Of a stretch of 55,550 nucleotides of DNA, positions 48,685 to 55,550 are shown in pieces. Source of the stretch: an uncultured virus (IMG/VR IMGVR_UViG_3300010885_003339) (taxonomy: Duplodnaviria > Heunggongvirae > Uroviricota > Caudoviricetes); the IMG/VR virus record IMGVR_UViG_3300010885_003339; one strand, written 5' to 3'. Positions within the stretch are counted from its first letter, which is position 1, and each line of letters starts with the position of its first letter. The position numbers and the translations under genes were made by a program. The notes under the pieces were generated by a model. It ran no database searches. It was not told the origin of the DNA and saw nothing but the letters and a program-made list of their open reading frames with translations.

Positions 48685-49905
48685 ATGCCTAAGTTAGCTA
48701 ATCGTGACGCCTTCCTCGCCGCCGTCAAATCGACCTACGGTGATATCGAAACCATTGACCGCTCTAAGGTCATCAATATCTGCTCGACCTACAATATGGA
48801 TCTTCCAAACTGGCTATTGAATGACACCAGTCGCCGTGTCGCTCGTGGTGTCTATTCTCTGACCGGTGTGGTTGCTTCGACTGCTGAGAAGCCTGTCAAA
48901 GTGAAACCGGTGGCTGGTGTTCGAGCCACTGTTCCGATGGCTTCACAGCCTGTCGAAATTCTTGTCGCCGCGGAAATGGCCGCTACTATCTTGCAGATGA
49001 ATCCTCAGGCCGAAACCTTCACTCTGATTCCTTCGAAGGCCACTGGCTATGTGCCATTCGGCAACTTCAATGATGTTCGCCAGATTTTGAAGTCTGGTAA
49101 ATTCTATCCCATGTATATCACTGGTCTGTCTGGTAACGGTAAGACCATGATGGTCGAGCAAGTGTGCGCTCAGGAAAAACGTGAACTGGTTCGCACTAAC
49201 ATCACCATCGAAACCGATGAAGATGACTTGCTCGGTGGTTTCCGCTTGCAAGATGGTAAGACTGTCTGGCAGAATGGTCCAGTCGTGGTCGCCATGGAAC
49301 GTGGCGCCGTCCTGTTGCTTGATGAGGTTGACCTTGGCTCTAACAAGCTAATGTGCTTGCAACCTGTCCTCGAAGGCAAGCCTATCTACCTGAAGAAGGT
49401 CAACAAGGTGATCACGCCAGCCCCTGGTTTCACCATTGTGGCGACCGCCAACACCAAGGGTAAAGGTTCTGATGACGGTCGCTTTATCGGCACCAACGTG
49501 ATGAACGAAGCCTTCCTTGAGCGTTTCTCGATCACGATGGAACAGGAATATCCCTCGATCAAGGTTGAGCAGAAGATTGTGGCCAATGCTCTTGGTGCCA
49601 ACGGCATTGCTGATAATGACTTTGTTGAAAAGCTTGTCACTTGGGCTGATGTAATCCGTAAGTCTTTCTATGAAGGTGCGGTCTCCGAGATCATCTCGAC
49701 TCGCCGTCTGGTTCATATCTGTGAAGCCTATGCCATCTTCAACCAAGACCGTGAGAAAGCAATCCAGCTTTGCTTGAACCGCTTCGATATTGATACCAAG
49801 AACTCTTTCCTCGACCTCTACAAGAAGCTGGATGCCAGCCTGTCTCCTCTTCCCGAAGAAGAAACAAAAACCGAAACACAGGCCGATCCTGAGATCGCCT
49901 TCTGA
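48685..49905 (+). CDS. MoxR-type AAA+ ATPase (phage 'CobS-like')
   Basis: GLSGNGKT Walker A, LLLDEVD Walker B, ATANTKGKGSDDGRF, NEAFLERF, ISTRRL; probable ATG at 48685. Confidence 0.9.
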   Translation: MPKLANRDAFLAAVKSTYGDIETIDRSKVINICSTYNMDLPNWLLNDTSRRVARGVYSLTGVVASTAEKPVKVKPVAGVRATVPMASQPVEILVAAEMAATILQMNPQAETFTLIPSKATGYVPFGNFNDVRQILKSGKFYPMYITGLSGNGKTMMVEQVCAQEKRELVRTNITIETDEDDLLGGFRLQDGKTVWQNGPVVVAMERGAVLLLDEVDLGSNKLMCLQPVLEGKPIYLKKVNKVITPAPGFTIVATANTKGKGSDDGRFIGTNVMNEAFLERFSITMEQEYPSIKVEQKIVANALGANGIADNDFVEKLVTWADVIRKSFYEGAVSEIISTRRLVHICEAYAIFNQDREKAIQLCLNRFDIDTKNSFLDLYKKLDASLSPLPEEETKTETQADPEIAF

Positions 49906-49908
49906 GAT

Positions 49909-50010
49909 TGACGGGGGCTCCTTTCTCCCTCGTCATAAACTCCACGATGGCGGATTGGTCACCTGCCATCGTGGAGACTTTTATTTGAGTGACCTTTCAT
50001 TATGGAGAAA
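49909..50010 (+). ncRNA. Predicted structured cis-regulatory RNA (two hairpins, possible pseudoknot; may also act as a terminator)
   Basis: 9-bp stem 49909-17/49927-35; 14-bp stem 49940-53/49963-76; loop GGTCAC complementary to GTGACC at 49989-94. Confidence 0.5.
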
Positions 50011-50016
50011 AATTAC

Positions 50017-50229
50017 ATGTCACAGTTAGCAAAAATCGAAAAGTACCTTCGCAGCAATTCTACTGGCGCAGGCGTAACCCCACAAAAGCTGGCTAAGCTG
50101 GCTGGTGTTACCAAAGAGGTTGTCTATAAGCGCATCTCCGACCTTCGCAATCTGCGTGGTGAGACCATCTATAGCAACCATCGGACTGTCAAAGGTCAGA
50201 AGCAACTTTTCTACCGCATCGCCGCATAA
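50017..50229 (+). CDS. Small winged helix-turn-helix protein
   Basis: VTPQKLAKLAGVTKEVVYKRISDLR HTH plus beta-wing; GGAG SD at 50004 favours ATG 50017. Confidence 0.75.
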   Translation: MSQLAKIEKYLRSNSTGAGVTPQKLAKLAGVTKEVVYKRISDLRNLRGETIYSNHRTVKGQKQLFYRIAA

Positions 50230-50247
50230 TTTTTCTGATTGATCTAA

Positions 50248-50281
50248 AAAGGGATGCTATATATCTGTGTAGCATCCCTTT
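50248..50281 (+). terminator. Probable bidirectional intrinsic terminator
   Basis: AAAGGGATGCTA/TAGCATCCCTTT perfect 12-bp inverted repeat. Confidence 0.75.
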
Positions 50282-50305
50282 CGTCATATTTTAGGAGTGA
50301 TCATT

Positions 50306-51124
50306 ATGGAATTATCTATCAGCGTTGAAAGTCTACGCAAACACAAACTGTTTGTAGCCACCCCCATGTATGGCGGTAACTGCAACGGTCTCTACATGAA
50401 AGCATGTCTCGACCTCCAAGGTCTATGCTCACAATACGGCATCGAGGTCCGTTTCTCTTTCCTCTTCAACGAATCCCTTATTACCCGCGCTCGAAACTAT
50501 CTGGTAGATGAGTTCCTTCGCTCCGGTTACACTCACCTTCTCTTCATTGATTCGGACATTCTCTTCAATCCACAGGACGTATTGGCCTTGATGGCTCTGG
50601 ACAAAGATGTTATCGGCGGTCCATATCCAAAGAAGTCCATCAACTGGAGGAATGTCTTTAGAGCCGCTAAACGGGTGATCGAAGATACAAACATCGACCA
50701 AGAGAAGTTCAATCCAGGTGAACTCGAAGGTGTTACCGGCGAGTATGTATTCAATGCGGTTCCTGGAACCACACAGTTCAAGGTTTCTGAACCTCTTGAG
50801 GTCATGGAAATCGGCACTGGCTTCATGCTTATCAAGCAGGCGGTGTTCACCAAGTTTGCTGAAGAGTATCCACACTTGAACTACAAGCCAGACCATGCAG
50901 GTCAGGCCAACTTCGATGGTTCAAGGTATATCCATGCATACTTCGACACCGTGATCGATCCAGACAGCCACCGTTACCTCTCTGAGGACTATATGTTCTG
51001 TCAGTATTGGAGAGCGATTGGAGGCTCTATCTGGCTCTGCCCATGGATGCGAACACAGCATGTAGGCACCTATGCCTTCACGGGTGATATGAATGCAATC
51101 GCGGCTCTAACCGGGAATCTCTAA
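50306..51124 (+). CDS. GT-A fold glycosyltransferase-like protein
   Basis: LFVATPMYGG, ESLITRARN, LLFIDSD (DxD), GTGFMLI, LSEDYMFC; start could be GTG 50297 or ATG 50306. Confidence 0.75.
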   Translation: MELSISVESLRKHKLFVATPMYGGNCNGLYMKACLDLQGLCSQYGIEVRFSFLFNESLITRARNYLVDEFLRSGYTHLLFIDSDILFNPQDVLALMALDKDVIGGPYPKKSINWRNVFRAAKRVIEDTNIDQEKFNPGELEGVTGEYVFNAVPGTTQFKVSEPLEVMEIGTGFMLIKQAVFTKFAEEYPHLNYKPDHAGQANFDGSRYIHAYFDTVIDPDSHRYLSEDYMFCQYWRAIGGSIWLCPWMRTQHVGTYAFTGDMNAIAALTGNL

Positions 51125-51807
51125 TGATCATAGGCGTTGTCGGATTCTTAGGATCAGGCAAGGGGACGGCGGGTGATATCCTAATCGAACAACATGGATA
51201 CACCCGCGTGTCTTTTGCTGATGCACTCAAAGATGCTGTATCGGTTATCTTTGATTGGCCAAGGGACCTTCTCGAAGGTGATACCGAAACCAGCCGTATC
51301 TTCCGTGAGACGAGAGATAAGTGGTGGTCAGAGAGGTTTGGTTATGACGTAACACCTCGATACATGCTTCAGCTTATGGGAACCGAGGCTGGTCGAGATG
51401 TATTCAATGAGAACCTTTGGGTTCACACTGTCGCCAAGCGCATCCGTTCTATGCAGGATAATGAGTCAAAGGACAAGTTTGTAATTCCTGATGTTCGGTT
51501 TCCAAACGAACTGGAATTCATTCGAAGGATGGGTGGGCATATTATCCGTGTTGTAAGAGGTCCCGACCCTGAGTGGTACAATCTCGCTCATGCGGCTAAC
51601 AATCCTAGTTTCACACATTCGAATGAAGCCTATGCTGAGATGGAAAAGTTAGGTGTTCACTACTCTGAGTGGGCATGGATTGGCCAGCAATTTGATTATC
51701 AGATCGACAACAATGGCAGCCTTCTAATGTTGGAATCCGATATAAAACATATGCTGAAGGTCTTTACAGGCCCGAAAAAACCTGATACAATGAATAATGT
51801 AGCGTGA
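51124..51807 (+). CDS. gp1: Deoxynucleoside monophosphate kinase
   Basis: IIGVVGFLGSGKGT P-loop, FADALKD, TPR..LQ.MGTE, DVRFPNE, H.SE. Confidence 0.88.
   Translation: MIIGVVGFLGSGKGTAGDILIEQHGYTRVSFADALKDAVSVIFDWPRDLLEGDTETSRIFRETRDKWWSERFGYDVTPRYMLQLMGTEAGRDVFNENLWVHTVAKRIRSMQDNESKDKFVIPDVRFPNELEFIRRMGGHIIRVVRGPDPEWYNLAHAANNPSFTHSNEAYAEMEKLGVHYSEWAWIGQQFDYQIDNNGSLLMLESDIKHMLKVFTGPKKPDTMNNVA
51763..51791 (+). promoter_or_regulatory. sigma70-like promoter for gp45
   Basis: TTTACA-N17-TACAAT in the 3' end of the kinase gene. Confidence 0.6.
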
Positions 51808-51822
51808 AATTAGGAGTATATC

Positions 51823-52479
51823 ATGAAGCTATCTGAACAGACATTGACTGTATTGAAGAACTTTGCATCCATCAACTCTGGTGTTGTTCTGCAAAAAGGT
51901 AATGTTCAAAAGACTATCTCACCTGAACAGACTATCCTGTTTGAAGCTAAACTCGAAGATAACATCCCTGAACCGTTTGGTATCTATGACTTGAACCAGT
52001 TTCTCGGCAATGTCACCACATTGAAGAATCCTGAATTGACCTTCTCTGATAAGAGCGTTATTATGGATGATGGTGATATTCAGTTGAACTATTACTCATC
52101 ATCTCCAGGTCTCATCATCTCTCCTCCTCAAGGCAAAGACCTTGTGTTGAAGAATATTGATGTTACCTTCAACCTTACTAACTCTACACTCACCAAGCTT
52201 CTTCGCTTGGCTGCCATGAATGATCTTTCGAACATCACTGTTGTTGGTAAGAATGGTGAACTTCGTTTGCAAACTCATGAAAAGTCTAATGATACCTCGA
52301 ACTTCGCATCAACAAAGGTCGATGACTATACTGGTGCCGACTTCGCTGTATCTTTCAAGACTGAATATCTTCGCTTGATTCCAGATGACTACACCGTCGA
52401 GATTTCAATCGGCAGTTTCTCTAAGTTTGTTAACAAGGGCGGTAATCTCACCTATTTCATTGCGATGGAGAAGAAATAA
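51823..52479 (+). CDS. gp45: Sliding clamp
   Basis: MKLSEQTL.VLKNFASIN, FGIYDLNQFL, Y.IAME. Confidence 0.93.
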   Translation: MKLSEQTLTVLKNFASINSGVVLQKGNVQKTISPEQTILFEAKLEDNIPEPFGIYDLNQFLGNVTTLKNPELTFSDKSVIMDDGDIQLNYYSSSPGLIISPPQGKDLVLKNIDVTFNLTNSTLTKLLRLAAMNDLSNITVVGKNGELRLQTHEKSNDTSNFASTKVDDYTGADFAVSFKTEYLRLIPDDYTVEISIGSFSKFVNKGGNLTYFIAMEKK

Positions 52480-52772
52480 TGGCTACCATTGGTCACAACC
52501 ACCCAACTGTAACCGTCAATTCACTTTCAACCGAGGACAAGAAGAAACTTCGCGGTGCTATCAATGAACTGAACGATAGCATGACCCGCACAGCGGCTGA
52601 ACGTGACCTTCAGAAAGAAACCATCAACAAGGTCTTCGAAGACCTTGGTGTTGATAAGAAGGTTGTCCGCCGCATGGCTAAAGCCTACTACAAGGCTAAC
52701 TTCAATGAAGAGATCGAAGAAAACAAAAACTTCGAAGAGATGTATGATGTTGTTATGAAAACACTTCCATAA
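52479..52772 (+). CDS. T4 DsbA/GapR-like dsDNA-binding protein
   Basis: I.E..DSMTR..AERDL.KE, VRRMAK.YYK.NF.EE..E...FE..Y; N-terminal IGHN. Confidence 0.7.
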   Translation: MATIGHNHPTVTVNSLSTEDKKKLRGAINELNDSMTRTAAERDLQKETINKVFEDLGVDKKVVRRMAKAYYKANFNEEIEENKNFEEMYDVVMKTLP

Positions 52773-52781
52773 GGAGTTGAT

Positions 52782-53057
52782 ATGAAGTTTGTAACTGTCA
52801 TGGATATGTGGTTACTGATAATGAACATCGGGCTTCTGGGGTTCATTATCTACTTCGGTCGAAAGGTAAGCGCAACACTGGTTCGCATTGCTGGTGTTGC
52901 TGATCGAACTGCTGATACGCCCGAAAAGAATCGCATTTTGAAAATCATCCGACTAGAGATTGAAACTCATTCTCAAATGGCATCTATGGGTGATGCTGAT
53001 GCTCGGATAATTTATGATGTTCTGAAGGATATTGAAAAGCAGATCATCAACAAATGA
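52782..53057 (+). CDS. Hypothetical membrane-anchored protein
   Basis: N-terminal hydrophobic helix WLLIMNIGLLGFIIYFG; AAGGAG SD. Confidence 0.55.
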   Translation: MKFVTVMDMWLLIMNIGLLGFIIYFGRKVSATLVRIAGVADRTADTPEKNRILKIIRLEIETHSQMASMGDADARIIYDVLKDIEKQIINK

Positions 53058-53254
53058 TCGATCCAGAACGAAAGAAAAGATTGATGGAGTTGTCGGCTCA
53101 TATTGACAACGCCATCATGATGTGCGATAATGAGGTTGAGTTGTTAGGATTAGCATCGCTGATGATGATATATTCTAAGAACATAATCGTCGACCAGTTG
53201 AATGAAGATGTTTGGCGCAGGACGGTTGAAAAGTTTATGAAGGATGAAAAATGA
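53054..53254 (+). CDS. Hypothetical protein
   Basis: 66-aa ORF with ATGA overlaps at both ends. Confidence 0.55.
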   Translation: MIDPERKKRLMELSAHIDNAIMMCDNEVELLGLASLMMIYSKNIIVDQLNEDVWRRTVEKFMKDEK

Positions 53255-54186
53255 CTGAGTTTCTCTGGTGTGAAAAGTATCGACCTAAGTCTGTAGCGGA
53301 TTGTATCTTACCTGATCGTATCAAGAGTGTGTTTCAGAGTTATGTTGATGCCGCCTCTATTCCAAATCTCATGCTGACTGGTTCGGCTGGTGTTGGTAAG
53401 ACAACAGTCGCCATGGCTATGTGTGAACAGATTGGCTTGAATCATCTGTTCATCAACTCATCGGAAGAGCGTGGTATTGATACCCTTCGAACTAAGATCA
53501 AAGGGTATGCTTCTACCATCTCATTGACTGGTGGTCGAAAGGTTATCATTCTAGATGAGGCTGACTATCTTACACCAGAAGCTCAGGCTGGTTTGCGTGG
53601 AACTATCGAAGAGTTCTCCGATAATTGCACCTTTATCTTCACATGTAACTTTAAATCACGCCTGATCGATGCTCTACATTCTCGGTGTTCGGTGATTGAC
53701 TTCTCACTGAAGCCTGATGAAAAACCTCGTATGGCATCACAGTTAATGTCTCGTTTGGGTATCGTTCTCGGTAAAGAAGGTGTTGAATATGACAAGCAGG
53801 TCCTTATCAAAATCATCGAAAAGTTTTTCCCAGATTATCGGAGGACTCTCAATGAACTCCAACGATATAGCAACTCTGGTTCTCTTGATGCTGGTATCAT
53901 CTCTCAGGTTTCAGATGTAAGGAAGATCAATGATCTGGTTGGATATCTGAAGAACCAAGACTTCTCTGAGATGCGTAAGTGGGTTGTGGCTAACTCTGAT
54001 ATTGAACCAGCCCGTATCTACCGTAAAATCTATGACTCACTCTATGAGTATTTCAAACCAGATAGTATTCCACAAGCGGTTGTTATTCTGGCCAAATATC
54101 AATATCAAGCGGCATTTGTGGCTGATCAAGAGATCAACCTTGTGGCTTGCTTGACAGAAATCATGGTGGATTGTGAATATGTCTAA
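53251..54186 (+). CDS. gp44: Clamp loader AAA+ subunit
   Basis: LWCEKYRP, GSAGVGKTT, ILDEAD, SRC, FVADQEIN. Confidence 0.95.
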   Translation: MTEFLWCEKYRPKSVADCILPDRIKSVFQSYVDAASIPNLMLTGSAGVGKTTVAMAMCEQIGLNHLFINSSEERGIDTLRTKIKGYASTISLTGGRKVIILDEADYLTPEAQAGLRGTIEEFSDNCTFIFTCNFKSRLIDALHSRCSVIDFSLKPDEKPRMASQLMSRLGIVLGKEGVEYDKQVLIKIIEKFFPDYRRTLNELQRYSNSGSLDAGIISQVSDVRKINDLVGYLKNQDFSEMRKWVVANSDIEPARIYRKIYDSLYEYFKPDSIPQAVVILAKYQYQAAFVADQEINLVACLTEIMVDCEYV

Positions 54187-54628
54187 GAGCATCGAAATGA
54201 TGGGTCGTGCGGGTGAGACTATCATAGTCAACTACTGCACGGCCGCTGGGCAAAAGGTAACATTATCTGAAGATCAATATGATAGTCAGAAAGATATGAT
54301 TATCGATGGGTTGAAGGTTGAAGTGAAGACGCAAGTACCTTACATATACAAGAATGCTTTCAGCTTCAAACCTAATCAGTTGCGTAAGTGTAAGAATGCT
54401 GACCGCGTAATCTTCATCTCGGTACCTAGCAAAGAGAAGCCTCATCATTCCGATGGTAAAGTTTATCTCATCAAGTCGGCTGAGATGAAGCATTCATCAT
54501 ACAAGACGAAAGATGGTAGAGATATGATTGCGGTGCCTATCGATCAAGAAAGTATGGATGAACTCTTTACTTTGAGTAAAAAACAGTGTATACTACTCCA
54601 GAGTTACTCAGTGAGTGCATGGAACTAA
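54179..54628 (+). CDS. PD-(D/E)XK-fold nuclease-like protein
   Basis: G..GE helix, then D..IDG.KVEVKT catalytic pattern. Confidence 0.6.
   Translation: MSKSIEMMGRAGETIIVNYCTAAGQKVTLSEDQYDSQKDMIIDGLKVEVKTQVPYIYKNAFSFKPNQLRKCKNADRVIFISVPSKEKPHHSDGKVYLIKSAEMKHSSYKTKDGRDMIAVPIDQESMDELFTLSKKQCILLQSYSVSAWN
54566..54594 (+). promoter_or_regulatory. sigma70-like promoter
   Basis: TTTACT-N17-TATACT upstream of ORF 54649. Confidence 0.5.
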
Positions 54629-54648
54629 TGTGAAAAGGAGAATGTTAA

Positions 54649-55550
54649 ATGTTAATGAAGCATACGTCATTAAGTGTGGATGAAGTGACTATTCGCACTA
54701 TTTTTGGTACTGCCGTAGATGTGGTTGCATATTATGATACCTTTGATGAGGCTGCTTGTGAAGCCAAGCAGACTGGAGGCACTTTCATCAAATTTGGTTG
54801 GTTTGATATTTCAGAACTTGCATATGATGATGAAAAATTAGAAAATCGAATGATTCGATTTAAGCAAAATAAGATAGAAGCAACTGAAGATATGTTGCAT
54901 ACTCTTTCTAATAAAGGATGGGATTCAGGTTATTTCCCACCTATTGTTAGTTCTAACGGTAAAATCTTAGACGGTAAAACCAGAATCCGAGCATCTATTC
55001 GTGCTGGCCAAAAATATATTCCTTGCGCCATCTTTGAATATGAAAACGATAACTCGGTTAGAACTACCAATAGTAATGGTGTGAAGGCCAATTATCGTGA
55101 TCCCGCCACAGCGGCAACCATGAAAGATTTTGAAGCGGCTGGTGTAGGCATTATCCTTGCTGATGAGATGAATAATGATGCTGCTGAAATCGCAGATTGG
55201 CTGTATAATGAGATGGAAGTTACCAGAGTATTCAGTAATAATAACGGTATCATCACAAAAATAATCAATAGTATCATAGATTCTGTTAGAAGAAACAAGA
55301 ATGGTCAAGTCTTACTAATCAAAGATCGTAAAGAGTGGCTGCCATGGTTAGAAGAGTCATTGAACAGACATGCGGCATATTATCGAAACAAGTTTGGTAT
55401 CCAGTCTATGGATGATTTTGCCTTTTATCAAACAGGCGGTAATAAAGATGCGATGACATTCTGTGAACATATTCTTCCAAATGCGGCACGGGGTATTGTA
55501 ACGAACATCATCTTATATTCTATGGATTCTAATCCAGATAACGCTGCTGA
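54649..55550 (+). CDS. ParB/Srx-like domain protein (partial, runs off the window; absent from the ORF track)
   Basis: AAGGAG SD, ATG 54649, frame open to the end; GWDSGYFPPIVSSNGKILDGKTRIRASIRAG..IP motif. Confidence 0.65.
   Translation, partial: MLMKHTSLSVDEVTIRTIFGTAVDVVAYYDTFDEAACEAKQTGGTFIKFGWFDISELAYDDEKLENRMIRFKQNKIEATEDMLHTLSNKGWDSGYFPPIVSSNGKILDGKTRIRASIRAGQKYIPCAIFEYENDNSVRTTNSNGVKANYRDPATAATMKDFEAAGVGIILADEMNNDAAEIADWLYNEMEVTRVFSNNNGIITKIINSIIDSVRRNKNGQVLLIKDRKEWLPWLEESLNRHAAYYRNKFGIQSMDDFAFYQTGGNKDAMTFCEHILPNAARGIVTNIILYSMDSNPDNAA

Noticed and set aside
48685..49905. Cobalamin biosynthesis auxiliary gene (cobS/cobT)
   Set aside because: Only generic MoxR AAA and vWA motifs are present; there is no cobN or other cob gene; the partner carries a peptidase motif
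49909..49995. Known self-cleaving ribozyme or riboswitch (HDV-like, preQ1, SAM-II)
   Set aside because: I could not fit the required nested stems or conserved nucleotides by eye; kept only as an unassigned structured RNA
1..55550. tRNA/rRNA genes, integrase or transposase
   Set aside because: Intergenic gaps are short and none shows a cloverleaf or T-loop signature; no recombinase or transposase motifs are seen in any ORF

Overview
This window is a 55.5-kb segment of a large T4-like myovirus genome. All credible genes are on the + strand in the standard code, and the gene order resembles aquatic cyanophage/pelagiphage/alphaproteobacterial-type T4 relatives. Bases 1-20.7 kb are a variable array of tail-fibre/adhesin genes, most followed by a small chaperone-like ORF. 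This array includes a beta-helix tailspike, a 1289-aa collagen-like fibre, a LamG/SPRY protein and an embedded glycosyltransferase-methyltransferase fusion. Bases 20.7-38.3 kb are the morphogenesis core (gp13-gp23, gp3) under TATAAATA late promoters, with an inserted ADP-ribosyltransferase-like gene. Bases 38.4-55.5 kb are the recombination/replication block (uvsY, uvsW, gp55, gp47, gp46, dNMP kinase, gp45, gp44) under sigma70-like promoters. Accessory genes there include a DUF4338/DruA-like gene, a peptidase-vWA plus MoxR AAA pair, a winged-HTH, a GT-A glycosyltransferase, a PD-(D/E)XK nuclease and a ParB-like ORF. The most notable leads are: a predicted pseudoknot/anti-SD RNA leader before the HTH gene; a near-consensus antisense promoter abutting gp55; a possible virion-glycosylation system; capsid-targeted proteins including an atypical ART; a possible DNA-modification gene set; and an AP2-HNH homing endonuclease relic. 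All family assignments come from motif recognition and synteny by eye; no database searches were run.
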